56,698 nt of DNA. Origin: a virus (Duplodnaviria > Caudoviricetes). The translations under genes and the position numbers were made by a program. The DNA lies in the IMG/VR virus record IMGVR_UViG_3300048574_000080, positions 1-56,698 of that record, one strand, 5' to 3'. The notes under the pieces are model-generated. The model made no database searches. It was given only the letters and a program-made list of their open reading frames with translations, and was not told the DNA's origin. Numbering within the stretch: position 1 is the first letter of the stretch; the number at the start of each line of letters is the position of its first letter. Below, in pieces: positions 26,685-36,862 of the stretch.

Positions 26685-28817
26685 CTATGCTGTCTCTCTA
26701 GGCCCCTGCACAGTGCCGAGGCCGCTTGTTCCCACTGTACTGCCAACTGCATCCGGCCCTTGCACATCGCCAAGGCCGCCGCTGCCCGTTGCCCTGCCTG
26801 TGTCGCCCGGCCCGGCAACCCGGCCAAACGTCGCCACCCACATGATCACACCCACCGCCGTCAGCGTGTTGCCAATCTGCAGCACATCGAGCGCGCCGTG
26901 TATATCCATCGCCGCCTCAATGTAGCCCGCCGCCGCCAACGTCTGCCCAGCCTGCGTGATCGCTGCGTCACCGACGATGGCGACTGTGCCGGCGCTGGCC
27001 AGCGCATCACCCGCCTGCGTTGCAGCCAGTGCGCCCGCCACTGCAACCACGCCCGCGGTTACGATGCCCTGTGCTGCCTGCGTAAGCACCGCTGCGCCCG
27101 TCACGAGTGCGGCGGCGGTACTGGACAGCGTGTTGCTATCCTGCGTGATTGCCAGGCTGCCTGTCGCACTTGCGCCGCTTGTGGCGGTCAGCGTGTTGGC
27201 GGCCTGGGTGAGGGTCGCCGCACCGACAATGGCAACCGCCCCGGACGCCGTAACTGTCTGCCCAGCCTGCGTGATGGCCGCCGCGCCGACGATGGTCACC
27301 GTACCCGCGGCTGCGACGGTGTTGCCCGCCTGTGTCACACTGAGTGCACCGGCGACCGCGACCACGCCCGCCGCCGCTACCGTCTGCGCCGCCTGGGTGA
27401 GTGCGGCATCCCCGACGATGGGCACGCTGCCAACCGTACCGGATGCGTCTAGCGCCTGCGCCGCCTGGGTGATGGCAGCCGCACCGACGATGGCTGCAAC
27501 GCCCACACTTGCCAGCGTATTGCCCGCCTGGGTCACACTGAGCGCACCCGCTACCGCAACCACGCCCGCAGCGCTGATGGTGTTGCCGGCCAGCGTCTTG
27601 GACAGGTCGCCGGCCACGGCAGCGACACCAGCAGCAGCCAGTGTGTTGGCCGCGTGGGTTGCGCTGAGTGTACCGGCGACCGCAACCACACCCGCGGCGG
27701 TCAGCGTTTGCGCCGCCTGCGTAATCGCCGCATCGCCCGTGATAGCCGTGACGTTGACCGTGCCGGCCGCTGACAGCGTGTTACCTGCCTGCGTCTTGGC
27801 GAGCACACCGACGACAGCTACAACGCCGGCACTACTGACAGTCTGCGCCGCTTGGGTAGCGTTGACCGTGCCTACAACCGCCGCTGTACCTGTAGCGGAA
27901 ACCGTCTGTGCCGTCTGCGTCTTAGTCAGCGCCCCAACAACGGTCACGGCGCCTGTACTGGCTAGCGTGTTGCCCGCCTGGGTCTTGGCGAGCGCACCGA
28001 TGATTGTCACGGCGCCGGCACTGACGATTGTCTGTGCAGCCTGTGTCTTGGTGAGGGCGCCTACAACCGTCACCGTACCCGCGGCGCTGATGGTGTTGCC
28101 GGCCTGGGTTGCAGTGAGCGTACCCGTTGCGCCGGATGACGCTACTGTGCCCGCCGCACTGATTGTCTGCGCCGCCTGCGTAATGGACGCGTCGCCGGTG
28201 CGGATGGGCGCAATGGCGAACGTGTGCGTCGTCCAGTATGACGATGCCTGCGTTGTCGAGACACCCGTATCCGTGCCGGCGCTAGTCAGCGTCTTGTACT
28301 GAATCGACAGAGTGCCGGCCGAAGCCGCGGCGTTCGTAACTAGCAGCGTGTGCCCGCCGAACGTGCCAACTGGCGTGCGGTCGGTTGAGTCGGCAATAAT
28401 GCTGAAACGCAGGCAGTCGGCCACAGTCGTAACCAGGTCACCAACTGCCGGCGCACTGGTTGACCCGTTGGCGCTGACCACGGTGACGTTAAAGCCACCG
28501 TCGCCGCTGACAATCCACGCCACCATCACGGCGCGTTCGGACACGTCGGACGTTACGGTGTAAGTAGTGCCGCTTGCCGTCTTCTTCCATATGCTGACGG
28601 AGCCGCTATCCGCAACGCCGCTGGCAGGTATGGTGTAGTTGTTGACAACTGCGGTCCAGTTCGAGCCATCGATACTAGGCGTGCCCGCATCGGCGTCGTC
28701 CGCATAGGCCACATACAGCACATCGCCCGCGCTGAACGTGGGCACGCTGATGGCCAGCGTTGTGCCATTCGTGGTCCGCTGTGCTGTAGTATACGCGCCG
28801 AGCGTTGGTGCGGTCAC
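26685..28817 (-). CDS. Repetitive beta-rich tail fibre-like protein
   Basis: About 20 tandem 21-24 aa repeats TQA[GA][NQ]T[LIV]xAxGxVx[VI]xGx[LA]. Confidence 0.7.
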   Translation of the reverse strand: MTAPTLGAYTTAQRTTNGTTLAISVPTFSAGDVLYVAYADDADAGTPSIDGSNWTAVVNNYTIPASGVADSGSVSIWKKTASGTTYTVTSDVSERAVMVAWIVSGDGGFNVTVVSANGSTSAPAVGDLVTTVADCLRFSIIADSTDRTPVGTFGGHTLLVTNAAASAGTLSIQYKTLTSAGTDTGVSTTQASSYWTTHTFAIAPIRTGDASITQAAQTISAAGTVASSGATGTLTATQAGNTISAAGTVTVVGALTKTQAAQTIVSAGAVTIIGALAKTQAGNTLASTGAVTVVGALTKTQTAQTVSATGTAAVVGTVNATQAAQTVSSAGVVAVVGVLAKTQAGNTLSAAGTVNVTAITGDAAITQAAQTLTAAGVVAVAGTLSATHAANTLAAAGVAAVAGDLSKTLAGNTISAAGVVAVAGALSVTQAGNTLASVGVAAIVGAAAITQAAQALDASGTVGSVPIVGDAALTQAAQTVAAAGVVAVAGALSVTQAGNTVAAAGTVTIVGAAAITQAGQTVTASGAVAIVGAATLTQAANTLTATSGASATGSLAITQDSNTLSSTAAALVTGAAVLTQAAQGIVTAGVVAVAGALAATQAGDALASAGTVAIVGDAAITQAGQTLAAAGYIEAAMDIHGALDVLQIGNTLTAVGVIMWVATFGRVAGPGDTGRATGSGGLGDVQGPDAVGSTVGTSGLGTVQGPRETA

Positions 28818-28853
28818 TGGTTAGCCCTTACTGCACACTCGTGCAGTGTGCTC

Positions 28854-30005
28854 CTACTGATGTGAGAACTCTGTCCAGGCTAAGCCCTTGCCGGGGCTGC
28901 CACTTGGTACGGACAGTTTGAGGTCAGGATAGAGCAGATTCAGTACCGGCGCCTGCCAGGCGTCATCGCCGCCGATTTGCCACTTGGCGACCTGGGTGAG
29001 CCAAATGACGCTGCGTTTGTGCGCCCAATCTGAGGCGGGCCGCAGGTCCACGTCGGCATTAAGCGCCACGAGCATTGCAGCCGTGGCACCCTGTTCGGCT
29101 TCCCAGGGGTAAGGGGTGGGCATCGAAGCCGGCAGCGGCCAGGCGAAACCACCGCCGCGCCGCATCTCCTCCGGGAGGGCACCGTCGACATTGTGCCCTT
29201 GGATGGTTGCGCCCTTGGGGTTGATGCCAACGGGGTGCGCGGGGTCGCTCTGCCAGTCGAGTTCACCGTAGACAAACCCGGCATAGGAGGAGCGGTCGCC
29301 CAGATAGCCCTTGAACACCTTGATGGCGTTGTCGAACACGGTCTTGTCGCCGATATAGCGAGCAATCATCAGCACCGCAGCAGTAGCGTGCGTGCCCCAG
29401 TTGTTGGGCCGCTTCTGGTGTGATTCGAGCAAGGAAGCCGGGCCACTGGCGGTCTTGCAAGTGAGGAAATAGCGGAACTTGGCCTTGACCGCTTCATTGA
29501 GGTCGGCGTCTACCTTGGCGAGTTGGATGCCTTCCGCAGCGGCGACGTAGCCCTGCACCTCGCGCGCCAAGGCGAGCGCGCGGTCGATCGGCAGCGAGGG
29601 CGAGACCAACGACTTGAGCGCGTTGACGGTCTTGGTGAGAAACGCCGTGTCGCCGGTAGCGGCGAAGACGTAGGAACAGGCGTGCGCCCAGGCGCTGTTC
29701 ATCGAGTTCTGGTTTGAGACAGTCACCGGGCCGGGAGCGTCACCCTTGGCCATGTTGTACATGTTGTCCCAGCCACGCCCGCTGCGTGGTTTGCTAGGGA
29801 ACGTGGCGACGTCCACCCAGATGTGGCTGGTCGGCGTAGGTTCAGGGTCAGGCGGTGGCGGCGGAGGCGGGTCTACCGGCGGGTCAACCGGTGGGGGATC
29901 GACCGGCGGCACCGTCGCGACGAACTTGAATACGCCGCCAACTGGAGTTACGACAAGCCGCCCATCTGCATCAATGTCATACGTAGCTTGCTGCGTCATC
30001 TGCAT
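28854..30005 (-). CDS. Alginate-lyase-like protein, copy 1
   Basis: Pro-rich linker; ALALARE, RPNNWGTHA, PEEMRR; paralogue of 53648-54766. Confidence 0.55.
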   Translation of the reverse strand: MQMTQQATYDIDADGRLVVTPVGGVFKFVATVPPVDPPPVDPPVDPPPPPPPDPEPTPTSHIWVDVATFPSKPRSGRGWDNMYNMAKGDAPGPVTVSNQNSMNSAWAHACSYVFAATGDTAFLTKTVNALKSLVSPSLPIDRALALAREVQGYVAAAEGIQLAKVDADLNEAVKAKFRYFLTCKTASGPASLLESHQKRPNNWGTHATAAVLMIARYIGDKTVFDNAIKVFKGYLGDRSSYAGFVYGELDWQSDPAHPVGINPKGATIQGHNVDGALPEEMRRGGGFAWPLPASMPTPYPWEAEQGATAAMLVALNADVDLRPASDWAHKRSVIWLTQVAKWQIGGDDAWQAPVLNLLYPDLKLSVPSGSPGKGLAWTEFSHQ

Positions 30006-30037
30006 TGTCTCCTGTATTCCCTAACTAGACGATTCCG

Positions 30038-30301
30038 TTACTCGTGCGCCTGCTCCGAGCCGCAAAAGACATTCTGGTGCTCTGCGACAAATTCACCGCT
30101 CAGACCAGGGACCTCCGCCTGCTCGGCCGGCGGCATGAATGCCATGGTCTGCACATCGAAGCGCCAGCCGGGCGGCACATCCAGCGCAGCCCCTACCGCT
30201 TCGATGTAGGTGCGCAGCGTCTCCTGTGCCTGCTGCATCCGGTCTACCAGTTGCACCACGGTCGCCGCCGTGCGCTGATTGATGGTGATTGGTTGCTTCA
30301 C
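30038..30301 (-). CDS. Hypothetical protein (tail-fibre chaperone position)
   Basis: GTGA overlap; 87 aa. Confidence 0.5.
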   Translation of the reverse strand: MKQPITINQRTAATVVQLVDRMQQAQETLRTYIEAVGAALDVPPGWRFDVQTMAFMPPAEQAEVPGLSGEFVAEHQNVFCGSEQAHE

Positions 30302-30738
30302 GGTGCGGGCTCCTCGGTGGGCTCCTCGGTGGGCTCCTCAGGCGTCGGCTCAGTCGGTTCCGGTGTGGGTGTGGCCGGCTCTGGTGGGTTGCCGCGGCGG
30401 GACACGACGACAATCGGCGGCACCTTGCAGCCTGCCAGCGGTGTCGCCAGCCAAGTCTCGAAGGCGTCAAACGTCTCTTGAATCTCCCGCCACCTCGCCA
30501 GCGAGAACGTGCCGCCGACTTCGACGCCGGCCGCAATGGCCTCCCGCATCCCGTTGGCAATGTACAGCCGGCGCTGCCGGGCCATGCCGTCGATCAAGTT
30601 CTGCACCTGGCGCAACGACGTGCCCGCCTCCTGCTCCAACTCACCAATCAAGGTGGTCGGCGTCTCCTGTTCCTTCTCTTCCAGCAGCAGCAGGCCGTCT
30701 CGGACCCGCATCGCCAGCTCGCGTGCTCCCTGTGCCAT
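30298..30738 (-). CDS. Hypothetical protein with EPTE repeats
   Basis: AGGAGG RBS; C-terminal PEPTEPTPEEPTEEPTEE. Confidence 0.6.
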   Translation of the reverse strand: MAQGARELAMRVRDGLLLLEEKEQETPTTLIGELEQEAGTSLRQVQNLIDGMARQRRLYIANGMREAIAAGVEVGGTFSLARWREIQETFDAFETWLATPLAGCKVPPIVVVSRRGNPPEPATPTPEPTEPTPEEPTEEPTEEPAP

Positions 30739-30745
30739 ATGCCTC

Positions 30746-33589
30746 CTAAGATGCGTAATACGGTATGTAGTAGTTTGTCCCAGCAATATTGATGCGAATC
30801 TTGCCCGAGTATGCGCCGACCGCTGCCGCTGAAGTGGTCAAGCTGCGCAGCTGCAGATTGGTTGCCTCCAGGATGATGTCGGTTGCCGACGCATGCACCA
30901 CGCGGTTGGTGCTATAGGGACTGCCGTAGTAGTCCTTCAGGCGGAAGCCCTCACCGACACGTACAAACGCGCCGACGTTGGATGTATTGACCGCTGAGAT
31001 TTCCACCAGTGCAGCGTCGTTGCCCTGCCGGATGGCCCGGAGCACCAGCGGGTAGAGGGTGCGGGATACTGAAGAATCGTCCAGATACGTCTCTGGCGTC
31101 GCCTCGTACAACTCACCCACGTTGTATGCCCTGACACGGTTGCCGCTGGTCCAGGTGCCGATGGTCGTGCGCCCGCCGCCGTCGCCAAGGTAGATGCCGT
31201 TGGAGTCGATGTCGATGGTCGCCACCGCCGATGCGTTGAACGCATGGAAGCCGGCGCTGTCCAGCTTGATTTTCCCGGCCCCGGCAGTCAGCTTGCCGTC
31301 CGTCGCAATCTCTACCTGGGGGGTGCCCGACCCGGCGCCGTAGAAGCCAAACTTGCCGTTGTCCTTGTCCCACCAGATAGCCGAGGAGCCGACCGCATTG
31401 CGCCCCAGCACCAGGTCGCCGGCGGACATGTCGAAGCCTGCCCAGTTGTAGGTCGCCGCCTCGCCGCCGTAGACACCCAGCACCGGATTGCCGGAGGTGT
31501 CACGCATCCACAGGCCCCGCTCGTCTGCCCAGACAAGGCCGGACGGAGTTGCCACCCAGGAGACGGTTGACGACTCGGCAAACACCGGGGCGTTACTCTC
31601 GTAAATGGCGCGCACCTGCGTAGCCGATGCCGCCGTCGAGAGAATGGCAAAGTCGTCAATCATCCCATTGAGCTGACTTGTGCCCCACTTGTGCCCGATG
31701 GACATGAGCGTCGCATCCGTCAGCGTAGGCCCTGTGATCGCCGCCGCACCAGTCTGCACACCATCTAGGTAGGCATAGGCGTAGCCAGATTCGAGCGACC
31801 ACGTGATGGCGACGTGATGCCAGGTGCGCGCAGCCAACGTGCCGCCGCCGATCGACACACTGTTGTAACGGAAAATGGCGCCGCCGACGCTAGACAGGTA
31901 GTAGTCGAAGCTGCCGTCGTCATTCCTAAAATGAAACAACCTGTTGTTGTTAAAAAAGCCATCGACATAAACCCACGCCGATACCGTGCCCTCGCGCGGG
32001 TCTACATTGCCGATGGCGTAATACAACTCAGCCGCCGTGCGTGTTGACCCGGATGCGTGTGCTGTGCCGGTCCATGCATGCGCCGTGTCGCCCGTCCGGT
32101 TGACGCTGCCGTCGATGTAGGGGGAGCAGTAGACGTAGGGCTCAACTTGCACGGCATCGACGTACACTGTCATCGTTGCGGGGTTGGAAGTCTGTAACTT
32201 CACGCGCGCCGCAACGGTGCCGCCACCGGAGCCGGGCCATGTTGCAGAAACCCTTTGCCATTGCTTGCGTTTGCCTGCCGACGTGTCTACGTTGACCTGC
32301 ATCACCTCGGCAAACGTGTCAGTCCGCTGCACACTGAGGGTTAATGTGCCGCTGGTGTACGATTCCACCCACACCCAGGCGCTGACAGTCTGCGCGCTGT
32401 TGAGGTTGATCCCGCCACTTAGGGTATGAGTCGGGTAGGCCCACTGCGCGGCGACCGTCAATTTGGCGCTGTAGTCGCCGTAATAGGCAACGTCAGCGGA
32501 CTTGACGAATGAGCCGGCGCCGCTGAACGACCAACCGTCCGGTGTGACACCCACCGTGCCGAGCTCGAACGACGGATGCGTTACGGCGTTATTGCCGCCA
32601 CGTGTGATCTGGACGGCCTTGCCGAACTTGCCGGGGCGGTGCACGATGCCGCCGACTGTAGTTGCCGGCTGCCCTTTGTGTCCCAGAATGACACCGTTGT
32701 AGTTTGACCTGTACGGTGCCGCCCCGTCGAAGTGCAGGATCATCGTGGCGTCTTTGAGCTGGATTGCGTGCGGCCCGATGAAATACTGTGCTCTGGCGGG
32801 CCCGGCCACATCCAAGGCGAACTGGCTGTCCGGCACGCAGGCAATGCCCACCCGATTACCCGCCGTCTTGAGCACGCCACCAGCCCCACCCAGCGAGCCG
32901 GCGACGTAGAGGTCGCCGCTGCCCACGATGTCCACCGACCCGCCGAAGCTGGCCCCGCCGGCGTTGTACACCGTCCAGTTGGCGTTGCCGATGTTCTGCC
33001 CAAATCTCACTGGCTTTGAGCCAGTCACCTGGAGGTAGGACGCGTCCTCATACATGGTGTTAGTGCCGAAGTCCAAATACCCCGACATGAACAGGTCCGA
33101 CGTCACGGTCAGGTCGACCAAAGTGACGCCGCTGCCGCTGTCCGTCTTGACGACTTCGTTCGCAGCCGGGGAGGACTTCGGCGTGAGGTACCCCAACGTG
33201 CCGGCAGTCGGAATACCCACTATCTGATACTGCAGCGCACCGGTCGCTGAGTGATTCGCTGCATCCGTGATGCCGTGCAGCTTGGCGTGGTGGGCATTGA
33301 TGTCAGCAGCGTGGGCACTGATATCCACGCCGTCGATGGTCACGCCGGTATCGACTGCCAAGCTGCCGGCGAGCGGGCGTGTGCCGTCCAGCAGCAGGAA
33401 CTGCGGCGCCTGGTCACTGCGCAGCGTGCCCCGATGCAGCGAGCCGCCCAGGTCATGCGCTGCCAGACTGACCGCACCGCTGCCGCCACTCCCGCTCCCG
33501 CTCCCGCTGGCAGCCCCCGTAATCATCGCCTGGATGCGGGGCAGGAGGAGCGGCCAGAGGTCGTTGGCTAGTTGTGTCTGTCTCTGCAT
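30746..33589 (-). CDS. Tail fibre/spike with carbohydrate-binding and LamG domains
   Basis: NAVTHPSFE...WQRVS...YVDAVQVE (CBM-like); GTVSAWV, WHHVAITW, YLDG, GMIDDFAI (LamG). Confidence 0.8.
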   Translation of the reverse strand: MQRQTQLANDLWPLLLPRIQAMITGAASGSGSGSGGSGAVSLAAHDLGGSLHRGTLRSDQAPQFLLLDGTRPLAGSLAVDTGVTIDGVDISAHAADINAHHAKLHGITDAANHSATGALQYQIVGIPTAGTLGYLTPKSSPAANEVVKTDSGSGVTLVDLTVTSDLFMSGYLDFGTNTMYEDASYLQVTGSKPVRFGQNIGNANWTVYNAGGASFGGSVDIVGSGDLYVAGSLGGAGGVLKTAGNRVGIACVPDSQFALDVAGPARAQYFIGPHAIQLKDATMILHFDGAAPYRSNYNGVILGHKGQPATTVGGIVHRPGKFGKAVQITRGGNNAVTHPSFELGTVGVTPDGWSFSGAGSFVKSADVAYYGDYSAKLTVAAQWAYPTHTLSGGINLNSAQTVSAWVWVESYTSGTLTLSVQRTDTFAEVMQVNVDTSAGKRKQWQRVSATWPGSGGGTVAARVKLQTSNPATMTVYVDAVQVEPYVYCSPYIDGSVNRTGDTAHAWTGTAHASGSTRTAAELYYAIGNVDPREGTVSAWVYVDGFFNNNRLFHFRNDDGSFDYYLSSVGGAIFRYNSVSIGGGTLAARTWHHVAITWSLESGYAYAYLDGVQTGAAAITGPTLTDATLMSIGHKWGTSQLNGMIDDFAILSTAASATQVRAIYESNAPVFAESSTVSWVATPSGLVWADERGLWMRDTSGNPVLGVYGGEAATYNWAGFDMSAGDLVLGRNAVGSSAIWWDKDNGKFGFYGAGSGTPQVEIATDGKLTAGAGKIKLDSAGFHAFNASAVATIDIDSNGIYLGDGGGRTTIGTWTSGNRVRAYNVGELYEATPETYLDDSSVSRTLYPLVLRAIRQGNDAALVEISAVNTSNVGAFVRVGEGFRLKDYYGSPYSTNRVVHASATDIILEATNLQLRSLTTSAAAVGAYSGKIRINIAGTNYYIPYYAS

Positions 33590-35592
33590 CAGCCTGCCTG
33601 CACTTTCAATAGGTCCGCCAAACTGCGCTCGCCTTCGAATTCGATGCGCCACTCGCCCGCCTCAGCGTCGTACTCTGCCGCCTCGACAAAGGCCGGCGAC
33701 ATGCCGCCTTCGCCTGCGAGGTCGCTGTCCATGTCGGCAAGCTCTACCCACAGACCCACCGGCAGCAGCCCCACCGGCCACGGTGAGCCCGCCGCATCGG
33801 TCAGCCGCACCTTGCCGCCGGCCGTGTACATGCGCAGCGTCTGGCCGGGCAGCGCGGTCGGCTGCGTCACGAGGCTCAGCACCCGGTCGGGCGAGATGTC
33901 CACCAGGACCCGATTGCTACCCGTTGCGCCGATCTTCACCAGCCGCTCCAGCTCATCCAACACGGCTGCCTGCTGGTCCATCGTCGAATAGCCGTAGACG
34001 CCGCTGGTGTAGCCGGTGGTGAGCGTGACGAACTGCGACTTGGCGGCGAGCATCGCCTCGGCGAGTGTGCCAGTGTCCTCCGTCGCCCACAGGCGGAAGC
34101 GCAGATACCAGCCAGGCGCATGCGTCGCCCACACGGTTCCGTTCCACATCTGGCAGGTGCCGTAGGCGGTGGTGGTCATGCCCACTGTGTAGTGGTTCGC
34201 CCCATCGTTGGCTCCCGACCGGCGCACGACAATCCAGTAGCTGCCGGCCGCCAGCGTGACCAAGGTGATGGGCACCCACACGGCGGTCAGATTCTCTGTC
34301 AGCAGCGAGCCCGACAATGTACCGGCGCTCAGCTGCGCCCCGGTGTTGATAGCCCCGGCATTGTCGGCGTAGATGCGCACCTCGAAATTGTCCGCCGGGC
34401 TGCCGACCTTGGCCGCCTCTACCATCACCCGGTCGAGCTTCATCTGCGTGCCGAGCGTGATGCGCTGGGCGACATGGAAGCCGTGCAGGGTGACATTGAC
34501 CGCTGACGCCGTGCCGGGCGCCTCATAGGTGGCGGAATCGTACGTGTCGATGCGCTGCGCCTGGGTGAGCGTGATGCTCTGGCCGGCGGCTTCGCTTACG
34601 ATGCTGCCGCTGACGGCTGTCGATGTGCGCACATGGTCGGCGCCGGCGTTGCCTACCCAGTGCCAGCGGCTGTTGGCCGTCGACCCCTGCACACGCAGCC
34701 AGTGCGATTCCTTGACGTCATTCATTCCGTCGGCGCTGTCGATAATGTCGTCCGATGGCTCGAAGCGAATGGAGGTAACTGGTCCGTAGGTCTCCACGTC
34801 CTCGCTTGTGCCGTCGCTCAGCGTAAATGTCTTGTTGTTTAGCGAACTGCCGGTGACGGTGAGTTTCATCCCCTGCTGCAGGGACCCGAGCCGCCCGGCC
34901 ACATCGTGGATGCCGGCAGAACCAAAGCCCACCTGGTTGGAAGAGGTGATGCCCCAACCGATGGGCTGCACTTCCGTATCGTCCGGCATGTGCTCCAGCC
35001 GCCCGTCGATGCGCTGGTAGTAGCGCCAGGCGAGGGTTGTGTACCAGCCGCGGCACCTAAGCGCAGCTGACGAGTCGCCGCCGGACGCCACCGACTTGCC
35101 ATAGCCTGGCCGCGCCCGCTCGGCGAGCAGGCGGTCACGGTAGGCGGTGGCCATAGCCGTCGTCGCCTGTCCTAGAGATTCAAAATGCTCACGGATGCCG
35201 TATTCGCCCTGGCTGGCCGTGTCGTCCGTCCAGGCGGTGGTCTGCGCCGATTCGATGGCGCCTTCCAGCGAGGAGTAGGTTACGGCGACCCGGTTGCGCA
35301 GCTTGTCGAGCGTGGCGGTGACTGACCAGCCGTCCAGCTGCAGGGCCACCTCGAAGACGAATCCCCACCAGACAATCGAGCCGGCAGGGTTGTAGATGGC
35401 GACCGGGTAGCGCAGCCAGTCACGCAGCGCCTTCAGCCCTGAGCGGGTGCCGGTGACCCGGATCTCGCTCTCGACCGGCCCGCCGTTGGCTGCCGCCTTC
35501 CAGCGCAGCGGCTGGAAAGCGAGGTCAGCCTGTGCGGTGATGATCGCGCCGGTGCGGTTCTCAAACTCTGCCCCAAAGGTGAGACTAGACAT
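33589..35592 (-). CDS. Minor tail / baseplate hub protein
   Basis: Position after the distal tail gene; VWWGFV, SQGEYGIRE. Confidence 0.65.
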   Translation of the reverse strand: MSSLTFGAEFENRTGAIITAQADLAFQPLRWKAAANGGPVESEIRVTGTRSGLKALRDWLRYPVAIYNPAGSIVWWGFVFEVALQLDGWSVTATLDKLRNRVAVTYSSLEGAIESAQTTAWTDDTASQGEYGIREHFESLGQATTAMATAYRDRLLAERARPGYGKSVASGGDSSAALRCRGWYTTLAWRYYQRIDGRLEHMPDDTEVQPIGWGITSSNQVGFGSAGIHDVAGRLGSLQQGMKLTVTGSSLNNKTFTLSDGTSEDVETYGPVTSIRFEPSDDIIDSADGMNDVKESHWLRVQGSTANSRWHWVGNAGADHVRTSTAVSGSIVSEAAGQSITLTQAQRIDTYDSATYEAPGTASAVNVTLHGFHVAQRITLGTQMKLDRVMVEAAKVGSPADNFEVRIYADNAGAINTGAQLSAGTLSGSLLTENLTAVWVPITLVTLAAGSYWIVVRRSGANDGANHYTVGMTTTAYGTCQMWNGTVWATHAPGWYLRFRLWATEDTGTLAEAMLAAKSQFVTLTTGYTSGVYGYSTMDQQAAVLDELERLVKIGATGSNRVLVDISPDRVLSLVTQPTALPGQTLRMYTAGGKVRLTDAAGSPWPVGLLPVGLWVELADMDSDLAGEGGMSPAFVEAAEYDAEAGEWRIEFEGERSLADLLKVQAG

Positions 35593-36862
35593 TATCATAC
35601 ACCGGCCTGTACCAGGCCCGAACGGTAATAGCGCGGCCGGCATTCCAGGCTGCGTTTTCGTCCGCCATGATGTAGATGCGCTGGTCGCGCTCGGGGAACA
35701 CCGCCAGCGGCGCACCCGACGCCCGCACGGTGGGGTAGCGGCTGGAGCCGGACAGCCAGTAGGTGCCGCCCTCAATACCGTCGTCTTCGATGGCGTCGCC
35801 GTTGGGAATGCTGTAGGCGTTCTGGCGCAGCCGGCGGTAGCTGTCGGTAGGCATCAACATGACGAAATCTAGCGTGCCACCGCCGGATGACGCCGAACGC
35901 ACGGTGATGGCCAGCGCCGCCGCCGCATTCGCCACGTTGTAGCCGCCGGGCGGCAGGGCGAACTCGCCCAGGTCGATGACGCCCCCGACGTTCTGGCGTT
36001 CCATCCCTATGCGCCCGAAATCGAAGACGCCGCCCACGTAGGGGCCGACCGACGCCCGCACCGCCGCCGTGGCGGAGATGCTGGTGAAGGCCCCAATCAC
36101 GCGGAACGTGCGTCCCTGTGTCTGCCCCAGCAGCGTTGCATTCAAGGGAATCAGCCATTGCAGCGCACTGTGCCCGATGCCGGCCGCCCAGCTGGCGGTG
36201 GCGCCGCCCGTCGCCTCGGACCCCAGCAGCCACAGGTCGGCGCTGCCGGGCGAACTGTAGGCGTTAACGCCGATGAAGAAGTTGCGCCACGCCAACCCGC
36301 TGCCGCTGCTGTTGGTGATGCGCAGGCGGATGGGCGCGGGCTGCGTGCCCTTTACGCGCGAGGAGGCGATGCCGCACCAGTTGGGCGTGCCGGCATTGTC
36401 GTTGATCGAGAGTGACACGCCGCCGGTGCGCTCGGACTGGCTGGAGCTCGACAGGTACAGCTCCTCCTCTGGCCCCTCCCACTTAGACGCCCGCTCCCAG
36501 GTCACATTGACCCGCACTGTGCTGGTGGCGTTGTAGAGGCTGCGCTCTGCCGGCGCCTGCGAGTAGTTGGCGTCGCCGCCGAAAAGCTCAGCACGGAAAA
36601 TGTCGCCGCTGTCCACTGGCCGGAACTCGACAAAATAGCGAGCCGTCAGTGTCTTGTCCCGGTTGGCCGCCGCGCGCAACAACTGCTGGATGTCGTTGAC
36701 CGCTGTACGAATGGCGCTGTCCGTACCTTCCAGGATGCACGGCACGCTTTCGCCGATGCGGTCTGCGTTGGACTGGCTGGCAGGGAAATAGGTCGCGCCA
36801 ACGTATGTGCCTGAGCCGCTCAGGGTCAGTGTGGTCGTGCCGTCCGTGATTCGTAGCAGCAT
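35585..36862 (-). CDS. Distal tail protein
   Basis: Immediately follows the tape measure gene; C-terminal WYRPVY. Confidence 0.6.
   Translation of the reverse strand: MLLRITDGTTTLTLSGSGTYVGATYFPASQSNADRIGESVPCILEGTDSAIRTAVNDIQQLLRAAANRDKTLTARYFVEFRPVDSGDIFRAELFGGDANYSQAPAERSLYNATSTVRVNVTWERASKWEGPEEELYLSSSSQSERTGGVSLSINDNAGTPNWCGIASSRVKGTQPAPIRLRITNSSGSGLAWRNFFIGVNAYSSPGSADLWLLGSEATGGATASWAAGIGHSALQWLIPLNATLLGQTQGRTFRVIGAFTSISATAAVRASVGPYVGGVFDFGRIGMERQNVGGVIDLGEFALPPGGYNVANAAAALAITVRSASSGGGTLDFVMLMPTDSYRRLRQNAYSIPNGDAIEDDGIEGGTYWLSGSSRYPTVRASGAPLAVFPERDQRIYIMADENAAWNAGRAITVRAWYRPVYDNV

Noticed and set aside
29221-29264. Diversity-generating retroelement TR/VR pair with 54006-54049
   Set aside because: No reverse transcriptase in the genome. 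The similarity spans whole paralogous genes and is not adenine-specific.
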